Shown here in pieces: positions 1 through 9,208 of a stretch of DNA of 64,000 nt. The DNA lies in the NCBI GenBank assembly GCA_965249575.1, contig OZ252244.1, positions 3,136,001 through 3,200,000 of the forward strand. Reading direction: 5' to 3'. The stretch's first letter is position 1. Each line of letters starts with the position of its first letter. The DNA comes from Gemmatimonadales bacterium (GTDB lineage Bacteria > Gemmatimonadota > Gemmatimonadetes > Gemmatimonadales > GWC2-71-9). The notes below the pieces were generated by a model. It was not told the origin of the DNA. It did no database searches and saw only the letters and a program-made list of their open reading frames with translations. Both the position numbers and the translations under genes were made by a program.

Positions 1-2
1 CG

Positions 3-92
3 CCCGGCGACTACTCGATCCAGGTCAACGCTGCGGCGAGTACGACCTTCGTGATCCGTTCGACCGGCGGTTACGGTTTGGCGCCCGCCTAA
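3..92 (+). CDS. 3' end of a gene entering from the left edge (partial, unknown product)
   Basis: Open frame PGDYSIQVNAAASTTFVIRSTGGYGLAPA* with GC3-rich codons, ending TAA at 90-92. Confidence 0.5.
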   Translation, partial: PGDYSIQVNAAASTTFVIRSTGGYGLAPA

Positions 93-144
93 ACAGGACA
101 ACGAGCCGGAACCGCTGGGGCGCCTCGCGGTGCGGCGTCCCCGC

Positions 145-699
145 TCAGCGTTCGCGCACCAGGAACCACTTCCCGGTTCCCGCAAGCTGGTTTTCTCCCG
201 CCCACTCGTATTCGGTCACGAACACCGTGTCCCCCGACAGCTTCCCGACGATCCGGCCACCCTGGCCGGGCTGTTGCCGCGCGCGGATGGGGAACCGAGC
301 GACGCCCTGACTCGAGATCTCTCCCCATTGGGGCTCGTAGCGCGCGGGGTCAATCCCGACATCGCCCATCATGAGGAACATCACGCCGGCCCGGAACCTG
401 GCACCGGATACGGAGTCGACCACCAGTTGAAGGCGGGTGCCCCCTGGAGTAGGGGAGTGCGCCAGGTCCCAGCGGCCCGCTAGGGGACCTGCGTCGCCCG
501 GCGCGGCCATGCCTGCAGCCGCCGGTGGGGCTGGTGGTGTTTGCAGGGTCCCGGTTGGCTGCGCGGCGTCGCCGGGCGTCACGGCGGGCGGGGTGGCTTC
601 CCCGGCCTGGCCGTCTTTCCTTTCGCCGGTGTTCTGTCCCTCTTTCGCACAACCCGCTCCCACGACCACCATCAGCACCGCCGTTCGCAGCCAACTCAT
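145..699 (-). CDS. Putative lipoprotein, Pro/Ala-rich linker plus beta-rich C-terminal domain
   Basis: MSWLRTAVLMVVVGAG-C lipobox-type signal peptide; GAGG upstream of ATG 699. Confidence 0.7.
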   Translation of the reverse strand: MSWLRTAVLMVVVGAGCAKEGQNTGERKDGQAGEATPPAVTPGDAAQPTGTLQTPPAPPAAAGMAAPGDAGPLAGRWDLAHSPTPGGTRLQLVVDSVSGARFRAGVMFLMMGDVGIDPARYEPQWGEISSQGVARFPIRARQQPGQGGRIVGKLSGDTVFVTEYEWAGENQLAGTGKWFLVRER

Positions 700-821
700 C
701 GTCGCCTCATGAGGTTTGGGAAAATCGCCCCGTTTCGGACGCAACGTCGCCAAGGCTGTCCCCCGGTCCACCCGCGGAGTTAGTTTTGTGGCGGGCCAAG
801 TACAAGCAGGGCCCTGACTTC

Positions 822-894
822 GGGGCGGTAGCTCAGCTGGGAGAGCACCTGGTTTGCATTCAGGGGGTCGAGGGTTCGAATCCCTTCCGCTCCA
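822..894 (+). tRNA. tRNA-Ala(UGC), CCA not encoded
   Basis: GGGGCGG...CCGCTCCA acceptor stem with G3:U70, AGCTCAGCTGGGAGAGC D-arm, anticodon loop TT-TGC-AT, GGTTCGAATCC T-arm. Confidence 0.97.
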
Positions 895-1434
895 TTGGCA
901 GAACCGACTACCACGGCCTCCGCCTTGGGCCCGGCCAGCCGGCCCAGCACGCGGTACATAGTAGTGGCGGGGGCGTCTCGGTGACAGGCCTTTTTCTGCG
1001 TCCGGAGTCTCATGCCCGCCACCTTGCTCGCATCGCCGACGTGCCGGTCGGACGCTTCATCGACTGTCGTCGCAGGGTCGCGCCGACCGCATCCTGATTG
1101 CGCCGGAGGGGGAGCCGCAGGAGTTCGGTCAGGAGGCGTTGAGCCTTACCTTCGATATGATCGTTCCCCCTGGTGTAACAGGCGGTACCCACTTCGTTAC
1201 CGTACACTCCGGAGACCCGGCCACTAGCCCACCACTTGTAACGAGATCAGTTCGACGTGACATAGCCGCGCTTCACACCCACCGAGAAAGACAGCCCCGA
1301 GCGCTTTGCGGCGCCGCAGGGCTGTTTGACTAGCGGTTTCGCGACTAGAGCCACGTCGCTCAGCTGGCCTTTCAGTAAGGTGACGTGGAGTGACTACTCC
1401 TCAATCGTGCGATTCGCCAACCTCCACTCGCCGC

Positions 1435-2034
1435 TCATTTGAATCGCTTCTCCACCTCCGCCCAGTTCACCACGTTCCACCACGCCTTGATGTAGTCCGG
1501 CCGCCGGTTCTGGTACTTCAGGTAGTAGGCGTGTTCCCAGACATCGAGTCCGAGGATCGGCGTCCGGCCCTCCATGATGGGCGTATCCTGATTCGGCGTG
1601 CTTTCGATTGACAGCTTGCCAGCGTTCGCGATGAGCCACGCCCAGCCCGAGCCGAACCGCGTCGCCCCGGCGTTGGCGAGCTGCTCCTTGAACGCCCCGA
1701 AGTCGCCGAAGGCAGCTTTGATCGCAGCGGCGAGCTTGCCGCCCGGCTCTCCGCCGCCGCTTGGGCTCATGACCTGCCAGAACAACGTGTGGTTCGAGTG
1801 ACCGCCCCCGTTGTTCCGCACAGCCGACCGGATGTCCTCGGGAACGCCATTCAGGTTGCCGAGAATGTCCCCAAGATCTCTTGTGTGCAGATCTGGATGT
1901 TTGTCCAGGGCCGCGTTGAGCTTGTCCACGTACGCCTTGTGATGTTTGCTGTGATGGATCTGCATAGTCTGTGCGTCGATATGGGGCTCCAAGGCGTCAG
2001 CCGCGTACGGCAGGGCGGGAAGTGTATGGGGCAT
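1435..2034 (-). CDS. sodA: Mn/Fe superoxide dismutase (Mn-type signature)
   Basis: [40 protein letters not shown] motifs. Confidence 0.95.
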   Translation of the reverse strand: MPHTLPALPYAADALEPHIDAQTMQIHHSKHHKAYVDKLNAALDKHPDLHTRDLGDILGNLNGVPEDIRSAVRNNGGGHSNHTLFWQVMSPSGGGEPGGKLAAAIKAAFGDFGAFKEQLANAGATRFGSGWAWLIANAGKLSIESTPNQDTPIMEGRTPILGLDVWEHAYYLKYQNRRPDYIKAWWNVVNWAEVEKRFK

Positions 2035-2276
2035 CGAAGTCGCTCCTTTCACTGATGAAATCGCCGGCTCCGCTTCTCGCCCGGCGCGCGCCTGATGTGA
2101 GGCGGGATGCCCTACGCTGGGAACCGAAGGCTGGTAAGTTTCTAGGTGCGGCCTCGTAATTAGACATGGGATGTGGGGTCGCACAAGGTTGCTGCAATCG
2201 ATCATGGTCCGACACTCAGGGCTCTGCGGCCGGTTTGGAAGTCCGCGGGCTGCGTAACGCAAGGAGGATCCGCGCG

Positions 2277-2754
2277 ATGGACGCTCCGCCCACCTCGGGT
2301 CCTAGAGTCGGACAGCCGGCCCCCGATTTTACGCTGGCGGCCACGGCGGGTGGGGAGGTGACCCTGTCGGCGTTTCGCGGCCGATCTCGCGTCGTCTTGG
2401 CGTTCTTTCCCCTGGCTTTTACGGGGACGTGTACGGCGGAGTTGACCGATTTCTCTCACGACTTCCGTCGGTTCGAGGGCCTGGACGCAAAGGTCTTCGG
2501 AATTAGCGTCGATTCCATTCCGACGCTCAAGGCGTTTCGAACAACACATGGCATCACGGTCGATCTGTTGAGTGATTTTAAGCGCGACGTTTGCCGGCTC
2601 TACGGCACGCTCCTGGAGGACGAGTTCTTTGCCAGCCGTTCGTATTTCCTGGTGGATAGAGTAGGGAGTGCTCCGGTGGTCTCATACCGAAGCGGACCTG
2701 GGCGACAAGCGTGAGAACGAAGAGCTCTTGGAGCGTCTGGCGGCGCTGGCGTGA
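2277..2754 (+). pseudogene. AhpE/BCP-like peroxiredoxin with a +1 frameshift near 2660-2667 (pseudogene or sequence error)
   Basis: [19 protein letters not shown](T)AE peroxidatic motif; frame stops at 2714, while the expected C-terminus [29 protein letters not shown] lies in the +1 frame, ending 2754. Confidence 0.8.
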
Positions 2755-2876
2755 GCACCCCAAGCCGCACCGTTCCGGCAGCCCGTGGGTGATCGCCCGC
2801 TCGCGAGCGGGGTAACTCCCCCCGTCCCCGCGTCCTACGGGTTGTCGCCGGTTCTCGCCAGTCCTACGTTGGAGGC

Positions 2877-4481
2877 ATGGCCAAGCCCCTGAAATCGGCC
2901 TCACGCAAGCCGGCCGCCGCCGAGACGGAGCATCCCGGCCTCAAGGTCATCGGCGATGTGGCCTCTTACCTCGCCGCTGGGATTGGGTCGGACGAGGTAC
3001 TGGCTGGCGTGGCCGGCGCGCTCAGGCGCGGTCTGACGGCCGACCCGTGTCGCATCTGGGTACGGACCGCCGACGGCTCGAGCTTTCGCCCGTTCGTGGC
3101 GGCAGGAGACGCTCAGCCCGGTGACGAGTACGTGCGTTTGGTAGAGGCGTGGGTCCCCGAACACAGCCGAGTCGAGCCCAAGGACGGACGCATTCAGCTT
3201 CGGTTTCCCCTCGTGCACGAGGGCGAGCGGCTGGGCCTGCTCGAAGCGGTGGTGCCGAGCGGGGACGGGGCCTCCATAGCGCAGGAGATCGTCAGCGTCG
3301 TCGCGAACATCCTCTCGCCGCTCCTTTGGTCGATCGAGCTCTCGGAAGACCTGGCGAGCGAAGTCGCGCTCCGGACCCGTGAGATCGACGCCCAGCGCCG
3401 CTTTACGACCAAGATCATCGATTCGCTTCCCGTCGGCCTCTATGTGATCAACCAGCAGTTCACCATCCAGGCTTGGAACCGGAAGCGCGAGTCCGGTACG
3501 ACCGAGATGACGCGGGGTGAAACCATCGGTCGGAGCGTCTTCGACGTGTTCGATCGGCAACCGCGCGAGCTGTTGCAGAGGGAGTTCGACGCGGTGTTCG
3601 CCACCGGCCGCATGGAACAGGTAGAGGTGGAGTCCAGCGCCCGCGGAGAGCCCCGGCACTACCGCATCACGAAGATCCCCATGCGGCTCGATGATGACGA
3701 CGTAACGCATGTCATCGCGATCGGTGAGGACATCACGGATTGGAAGAACATTCAGCGACAGATCGCGCAAACCGAGAAACTCGCCGCGGTGGGACAACTG
3801 GCAGCCGGGGTGATGCACGAGATCAACAACCCGCTCGCCACGATTGGCGCGTGTGTGGAGGCCCTCACCCTCCGGCGGGACGAGCTCGCGCCCGAAACCC
3901 GGGGTGCCTTCGACGAACACCTTGGCATCATCGATTCGGAGCTCGAGCGATGCAAAGAGATCGTCGACGGCCTCCTGGATTTCTCGAGGCCAAAGGCCCG
4001 GCTCAAGAAACCGGTGAACCTGAATCAGCTGGTGGAAGACGCGTTGTTTCTGGTGAAGCACCACGACCGCATTAAGCGCATTCAGCTGGAGCGGCGTCTT
4101 GCCGCCGACTTACCGGAGATCGAGGCGAACGCAAAGCAGCTCCTGCAGGTGTTCCTCGACCTCATGCTCAACGCGATCGACTCCATGGAGGACGATGGCG
4201 TGCTCACGGTGGCCACTGCGATCAACCCGGAGCGAGCGGATGAGGTGTGCATCGAGATCCAGGACACGGGGGCGGGCATCGCGCGGGAGGACATCCCAAA
4301 GATCTTCGAGCCGTTCTTCACGACGAAGCCGCCGGGCCGCGGGACGGGGCTCGGGCTTTCGATCACCTATGGGATCGTGGCCGAGCACCGCGGGCGCATC
4401 CATGTCGATTCGGTGCCGGGTCGAGGGTCGATCTTTCAGGTCTATCTCCCGATGCAGGGCCGGTCGGAGGAGGGGGCGTGA
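2877..4481 (+). CDS. Cytoplasmic sensor histidine kinase (GAF-like, PAS, HisKA, HATPase; NtrB/AtoS-like)
   Basis: EKLAAVGQLAAGVMHEINNPL H-box; DTGAGI, FEPFFTTK, GTGLGL boxes; PAS region; no obvious TM. Confidence 0.93.
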   Translation: MAKPLKSASRKPAAAETEHPGLKVIGDVASYLAAGIGSDEVLAGVAGALRRGLTADPCRIWVRTADGSSFRPFVAAGDAQPGDEYVRLVEAWVPEHSRVEPKDGRIQLRFPLVHEGERLGLLEAVVPSGDGASIAQEIVSVVANILSPLLWSIELSEDLASEVALRTREIDAQRRFTTKIIDSLPVGLYVINQQFTIQAWNRKRESGTTEMTRGETIGRSVFDVFDRQPRELLQREFDAVFATGRMEQVEVESSARGEPRHYRITKIPMRLDDDDVTHVIAIGEDITDWKNIQRQIAQTEKLAAVGQLAAGVMHEINNPLATIGACVEALTLRRDELAPETRGAFDEHLGIIDSELERCKEIVDGLLDFSRPKARLKKPVNLNQLVEDALFLVKHHDRIKRIQLERRLAADLPEIEANAKQLLQVFLDLMLNAIDSMEDDGVLTVATAINPERADEVCIEIQDTGAGIAREDIPKIFEPFFTTKPPGRGTGLGLSITYGIVAEHRGRIHVDSVPGRGSIFQVYLPMQGRSEEGA

Positions 4482-5146
4482 AGGTGTTGGTGATCGAGGA
4501 CGACCGGACCGTTGGGCAGTTCGTCAAGCGTGGCTTGGAGGAGCAGGGCTCGCAGGTCGATCTGGTCGCTGATGGGGTCGAAGGGCTCCAACTAGGATCG
4601 GAGGGCCGATACGACGTGATCGTGCTCGACCTGCGGCTGCCGGGAATGTTGGGTGTGGAGGTCCTGCGAACGCTGCGGGATCGCGAGGTGTCAACGCCGG
4701 TGCTCGTCCTCACGGCCCAGGACGCCGTGGAGTCGAAGGTGCAGGCGTTGCGGGCGGGAGCCGACGACTACGTGACCAAGCCGTTTGCATTCGAGGAACT
4801 GCTGGCGCGAGTCGAGGCGATCGGCCGTCGGCCCCAGGCCATCGCGCCACCGGTCTTGACGGTTGGCGATCTCGAAATCGACACGGGGAGCCGGGAAGTG
4901 CGGCGTGGGAACACCCTGGTCGAGCTCACGCCCAAGGAATACGCGGTGCTGGAGTACCTGGCCCGGAACCGGGGCCGGGTCATGCCACGGACGCTCATCA
5001 CGGAGTATGCTTGGGACTATCACTTCGACCCGGGCACGAACATCGTGGACGTGGTGATCAACCGGCTCCGGAAGAAAGTCGATCAGGGGCGCAAGCCGAA
5101 GCTGATTCACACCGTCCGCGGTGTGGGATACGTCCTGAGAGGGTAG
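4478..5146 (+). CDS. OmpR-family response regulator (CusR/CzcR-like)
   Basis: KVLVIEDD, DLRLPG, GADDYVTKPF, LTPKEY, NIVDVVINRLRKK, HTVRGVGY; GTGA overlap with the kinase stop. Confidence 0.95.
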   Translation: MKVLVIEDDRTVGQFVKRGLEEQGSQVDLVADGVEGLQLGSEGRYDVIVLDLRLPGMLGVEVLRTLRDREVSTPVLVLTAQDAVESKVQALRAGADDYVTKPFAFEELLARVEAIGRRPQAIAPPVLTVGDLEIDTGSREVRRGNTLVELTPKEYAVLEYLARNRGRVMPRTLITEYAWDYHFDPGTNIVDVVINRLRKKVDQGRKPKLIHTVRGVGYVLRG

Positions 5147-6598
5147 ATGCGCACCATTCGGGGGCGCCTGGCGACGTGGTACGCGGTCGCGTTGGGTGCC
5201 ACCATGCTGGTCTTCGCCATCGCGATCTACGCGGTTCAGCGTCGGCAGAACTTCGCCGAGCTGGACGCGCACGCGAGCCTCGAGTCGGAGCTCATTGCCG
5301 CGATTCTGGGCGTTGCCGACCGTGGTCCGGGGTCCCTCGCGGTGGTCGACCCGGAAACGGGACGCCCCGAGCTGGTCGACGACGTTGCCACCACCCTCGA
5401 GGTCATCTCGGACTACGTCATCGTGGCAGACGGGGCGGGGGAAGCGCTCTTCCTCTCCGCCGACGCGCGGGCGCTGCCCTATGCATCATTGATCCGCCTG
5501 TTGGCCCGGACCCTCGCGGACTCCATGGGCTCGGGGGTCGGGATGATCGATCTCGGTCCGCCGGCGGGCGAGACGCGGTATTTCGTCCGGTCGATCTCCG
5601 GCTCCGATCCAGGGGTGGCGTGGGTGCTGTCCGGCGCCTCCACTGTGGACCTGGTCCTTGGACCGCAGCGGCTCCTATCGGTGATGATTGCGATCGCCCC
5701 GCTCATCATTCTGTCATCGACGCTGATCGGCTATTTTTTGGCCGGGCGGACGCTCCAGCCGCTGCAGAACGTTGTGGACGAGGTCGAAGCGATCACCGAC
5801 GGCCGGAGCCTGCACCGGCGCCTCGTCGAGCTCAAGCCGGGCGACGAGCTAGCGAGGCTCGCGGTTACGCTCAACGCCATGCTCGGGCGCCTCGAGCGCA
5901 ACTTCCGGAGTCTCCGCCGCTTCACGGCCGACGCCAGCCACGAGTTGAAAACTCCGCTCACGGTACTGCGCTCTGGCATTGAGCGAGCGGTCACTCACCC
6001 CAAGATCCCGCCCGAAGCCCTCGAGGTGCTTGAGGAGACGCTTGGCGAAGTGAATCAGATGGCCGAAACGGTCGATTCGCTCTTGATGCTGGCGCGGGCC
6101 GATGAGGGAAGGGCACCGCTCCACCTGGAGCAGCTCGACCTGCGAGAAATCCTCCAGGACGTGGCGGAAACGGGCAGTATTCTGGGCGAGCAGGCAGGTG
6201 TGGACGTGGAGGTCAGGGTGCCCGAGGGCCCGATGTGGCTCGCCGCGGACCAGCGCCGCATCCGACAGCTCCTGATGAACCTCTTGACCAACGCCATCAA
6301 GTACACCCCAGCGGGTGGCAATGTGGAGATCGACGCGGCCGCCACGAACGGCACGGTTGCCCTGAAGGTGCGGGACACCGGGATGGGGATAGCGCCGGGC
6401 GACCTCCCGCACATCTTCGACCGCTTCTGGCGGGCCGACGAGGCCCGGAGCAGAACCGGGGCGCGGCCGGGGTCGGGTCTCGGATTAGCGATCTGCAAGT
6501 GGATTGCGGAGGCCCACGGGGGAACGATCGTGGCGCGGAGCCGGCCCGGGCGGGGGACAACGTTCTCGGTCACGTTGCCGACCGTCGAGGAAACTTGA
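5147..6598 (+). CDS. Membrane sensor histidine kinase (two TM, HAMP, HisKA, HATPase; CusS-like)
   Basis: Two TM helices, HAMP, FTADASHELKTPL, NLLTNAIKY, GSGLGL. Confidence 0.94.
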   Translation: MRTIRGRLATWYAVALGATMLVFAIAIYAVQRRQNFAELDAHASLESELIAAILGVADRGPGSLAVVDPETGRPELVDDVATTLEVISDYVIVADGAGEALFLSADARALPYASLIRLLARTLADSMGSGVGMIDLGPPAGETRYFVRSISGSDPGVAWVLSGASTVDLVLGPQRLLSVMIAIAPLIILSSTLIGYFLAGRTLQPLQNVVDEVEAITDGRSLHRRLVELKPGDELARLAVTLNAMLGRLERNFRSLRRFTADASHELKTPLTVLRSGIERAVTHPKIPPEALEVLEETLGEVNQMAETVDSLLMLARADEGRAPLHLEQLDLREILQDVAETGSILGEQAGVDVEVRVPEGPMWLAADQRRIRQLLMNLLTNAIKYTPAGGNVEIDAAATNGTVALKVRDTGMGIAPGDLPHIFDRFWRADEARSRTGARPGSGLGLAICKWIAEAHGGTIVARSRPGRGTTFSVTLPTVEET

Positions 6599-6612
6599 GG
6601 GCCGACGCAATA

Positions 6613-6641
6613 CCGTCATTTGATTGTCACCGTTTTGTAAT
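6613..6641 (+). promoter_or_regulatory. Candidate OmpR/PhoB-family operator (three 7-bp direct repeats, 11-bp period)
   Basis: CCGTCAT(6613)-TTGA-TTGTCAC(6624)-CGTT-TTGTAAT(6635), resembling the Pho-box/Cop-box geometry, upstream of tonB. Confidence 0.6.
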
Positions 6642-6720
6642 CCTGCGCTCACGGCGGTGCTAGCCGCGACCGGTATCATGCTGATAGATTCTCGCGGTTC
6701 ATACAGCGCGGAGGAAAGTC

Positions 6721-7404
6721 GTGTTCGACACCCTCATTGAGTCAAGACCGAAGAAGAAGCCACTTCGGGAGCGGCTGCCGCAGGCCATGTCGTCATTGGT
6801 GTTTCACGGGTTGGTGATTTGGGGTGCGGTTGTGGCGACACTCGGCGCCGGTGCGCAAGCGGCCGTCGACAAGCTCGACACCAACATGGTGTTCATTGCG
6901 CCTGAGGAAGAGCAGCAAGAAGAAGAACCACCCCCGCCGGAGTTCGAGGCGCCCGAACAGACCTTTACGTCGCTGTCGGCCCCCATCAGCATCCCGACGA
7001 ACATCCCCCCCATCAACCTCGACGAGAAATTCGATCCGACGGCGTTCAGCGGAATCGGTATCGAGAAGGTGATGGAGTCGACCGCCTTCGACATCGATCC
7101 AGGGCAGGCGTTCATCGAGGCCGTCGTGGACGAAAAGCCGGCCTTGATCTCGTCTCCGTCGCTCGACTACCCGGACCTCCTGCGCCAGGCGGGCATCGAG
7201 GGAACCGTGGTGTTGGAGTTCATCGTCGACACCACTGGGCATGCCGAGCGGAACTCCGTGCGCGCGTTGGCTTCCACCAACAAGGCGTTCGAGATCGGCG
7301 CCATCAACATGATTATCGGAAGTCTGTTCCGGCCGGGCCGGGTTCGCGGTCAGGCCGTGCGGGTGTTGGTCCAGCAGCCAATTGCGTTCGTCATCGACCG
7401 ATAG
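6721..7404 (+). CDS. tonB: Energy transducer TonB family protein
   Basis: N-terminal SxxxH TM anchor, Pro/Glu-rich linker, YPDLLRQAGIEGTVVLEFIVDTTG TonB_C motif. Confidence 0.88.
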   Translation: MFDTLIESRPKKKPLRERLPQAMSSLVFHGLVIWGAVVATLGAGAQAAVDKLDTNMVFIAPEEEQQEEEPPPPEFEAPEQTFTSLSAPISIPTNIPPINLDEKFDPTAFSGIGIEKVMESTAFDIDPGQAFIEAVVDEKPALISSPSLDYPDLLRQAGIEGTVVLEFIVDTTGHAERNSVRALASTNKAFEIGAINMIIGSLFRPGRVRGQAVRVLVQQPIAFVIDR

Positions 7405-7471
7405 CACGGGCATGCGGCCCTGACTGCGGTTAGCTAGTCTAGCAAGCACTCAAAACGGAGCGACAAACGTT

Positions 7472-8215
7472 ATGGAACTCTCACTACTCGAGCTCTGGGG
7501 TCACATGGGATGGTTTGCCAGAGGGATCGTTTTCATCCTGGTGGTCATGTCCGTTATGTCCTTGGGAGTCGCCGCCGGAAAGTGGTGGCGGATCCGTCGC
7601 AGCATGAAGCAGACCGGCAAGTTCGCGCCCGAGTTCGCCCGCTTCCTGCAGGAGGAGCAACTCGACGCCGCTATCACGTTGGCGGAGAAGCAGAAGATCT
7701 CACACGTCGCGCGTGTGTTGGGTGGCGCGCTGGCCGAGGTGAAGCCCCTGCTTCGCGATCGGGCAACCGTGACCGCCGGCGACATCAACTTGGCCGAGCG
7801 GGCCATCGAGCGTGAGATGCTCATACTCCTGTCGGAGCTCAAGCGCGGTCAGGGCATCCTGGCAACGGTGGGCTCCACCGCTCCGTTTGTCGGGCTCCTG
7901 GGCACCACGATGGGCATCGTAAATGCGTTCACAGGCATGGCGCTCACGGGCTCCGGCGGGTTGGCCGCGATTTCCGCGGGTATCGCCGAAGCCTTGATCA
8001 CCACCGCCTTTGGTCTGGGCGTCGCCATCCCGGCCGTGTGGCTGTTCAACTACTTCACCACGCGGATCGAGAATCTGACGGTCGAGATGACCTACACGTC
8101 CAAGGAGTTGATCGACTTTCTGATCCGCAGCGTGGGCAGCGAGTTCGGACGTTCGATCTTCACCAAGGAATTCCAGACGCAGAAGGCCGCTCAGAGTGGG
8201 CACGTCAACCAGTAA
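7472..8215 (+). CDS. exbB: MotA/TolQ/ExbB proton channel protein
   Basis: LATVGSTAPFVGLLGT, GIAEALITTAFGL motifs. Confidence 0.9.
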   Translation: MELSLLELWGHMGWFARGIVFILVVMSVMSLGVAAGKWWRIRRSMKQTGKFAPEFARFLQEEQLDAAITLAEKQKISHVARVLGGALAEVKPLLRDRATVTAGDINLAERAIEREMLILLSELKRGQGILATVGSTAPFVGLLGTTMGIVNAFTGMALTGSGGLAAISAGIAEALITTAFGLGVAIPAVWLFNYFTTRIENLTVEMTYTSKELIDFLIRSVGSEFGRSIFTKEFQTQKAAQSGHVNQ

Positions 8216-8249
8216 ACAGTTGCGGTTCTAGGGAAGGAGGAACCCGGCA

Positions 8250-8705
8250 ATGGGTATGGCAGCAGGCGGCCCAAGGGGCGGTGTCAAGGCCCAGCCGAAC
8301 GTGGTCCCGATGATCGATATCATGCTCGTGCTCTTGATCATCTTCATGATCGTGACACCGATCATCAGCTCGGGCTTTCAGGCGCAGATGCCCCAGGCCA
8401 AGAACATCGAAGCCCGGCCCGAAGAAGAAGGCGATGTCGTTTTGGGCATCGACAACAACGGCAACTTCTTCCTCGATCCGGGCACAGGCGAGATCTCACC
8501 AGTCAAGGCCGACGATCTCGAGAAGTTCCTGGTAGACGTGTACGGCACGCGCTTAAGCAAAGTCCTGTACTTCCGGGCTGACGCGCAGTTGGATTTCCAG
8601 CGGGTCGAGGACGCGATCCAGATCGCGCGGAAGGCAGGCGTCAGGCTGCTCGCGGCAGTTACGGAAGAGGAGCGGGGGACCGCGACCTTCGGAGGGGGCG
8701 GCTAA
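8250..8705 (+). CDS. exbD: ExbD/TolR biopolymer transporter
   Basis: PNVVPMIDIMLVLLIIFMI with the conserved Asp. Confidence 0.9.
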   Translation: MGMAAGGPRGGVKAQPNVVPMIDIMLVLLIIFMIVTPIISSGFQAQMPQAKNIEARPEEEGDVVLGIDNNGNFFLDPGTGEISPVKADDLEKFLVDVYGTRLSKVLYFRADAQLDFQRVEDAIQIARKAGVRLLAAVTEEERGTATFGGGG

Positions 8706-8707
8706 CC

Positions 8708-9130
8708 ATGACACTACACCTACCCGAAGCAGCCGAAGATTTTGACGCCGAGCCGAACGTCGTGCCGATGATCGACATCCTGCTGGTCTTGTTGATCATC
8801 TTCATGATGCAGGTACCCCTGCAACGCAAAGCGATGGACGTGCAGGTACCGGCCGAAGAGAAGGTCTCGCAGGAACAGGCGGGTGAAAGCAACCAAATCG
8901 TGCTGGAGCTAAAGAACGACGGCACGTACGAGGTCAACACCCAGCCCGTCTCCAAGGGGGGTCTGGACGCGAAGTTCCACGAGATCTACGACGAGCGCCC
9001 CGCCAAGCTGTTGTTCATCAAGGTCGGGGGGACTCGGAAGTACCAGGAAGTGATTGAAGCGATGGACATCGCCCGAAGCTCCGGAGTCCAGGTGATCGGG
9101 TTCGTTCCGCCGGAGGGAGAGTCCGGCTGA
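8708..9130 (+). CDS. exbD: Second ExbD/TolR paralogue
   Basis: PNVVPMIDILLVLLIIFMM. Confidence 0.9.
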   Translation: MTLHLPEAAEDFDAEPNVVPMIDILLVLLIIFMMQVPLQRKAMDVQVPAEEKVSQEQAGESNQIVLELKNDGTYEVNTQPVSKGGLDAKFHEIYDERPAKLLFIKVGGTRKYQEVIEAMDIARSSGVQVIGFVPPEGESG

Positions 9131-9158
9131 TCGGATTCATCGACTTCCGTACATCGAT

Positions 9159-9189
9159 CGGGCGCGGGGGCGGATAGCTCTCGCGCCCG
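9159..9189 (+). other. GC-rich hairpin after exbD2 (possible terminator or mRNA stabiliser, no U-tract)
   Basis: CGGGCGCG...CGCGCCCG inverted repeat. Confidence 0.35.
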
Positions 9190-9208
9190 CGGTGTATATT
9201 GGTGCGAA

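Noticed and set aside
525..1097. ORFs spanning tRNA-Ala (525..1097 plus, 780..1022 minus)
   Set aside because: They overlap a clear tRNA and show no protein motifs
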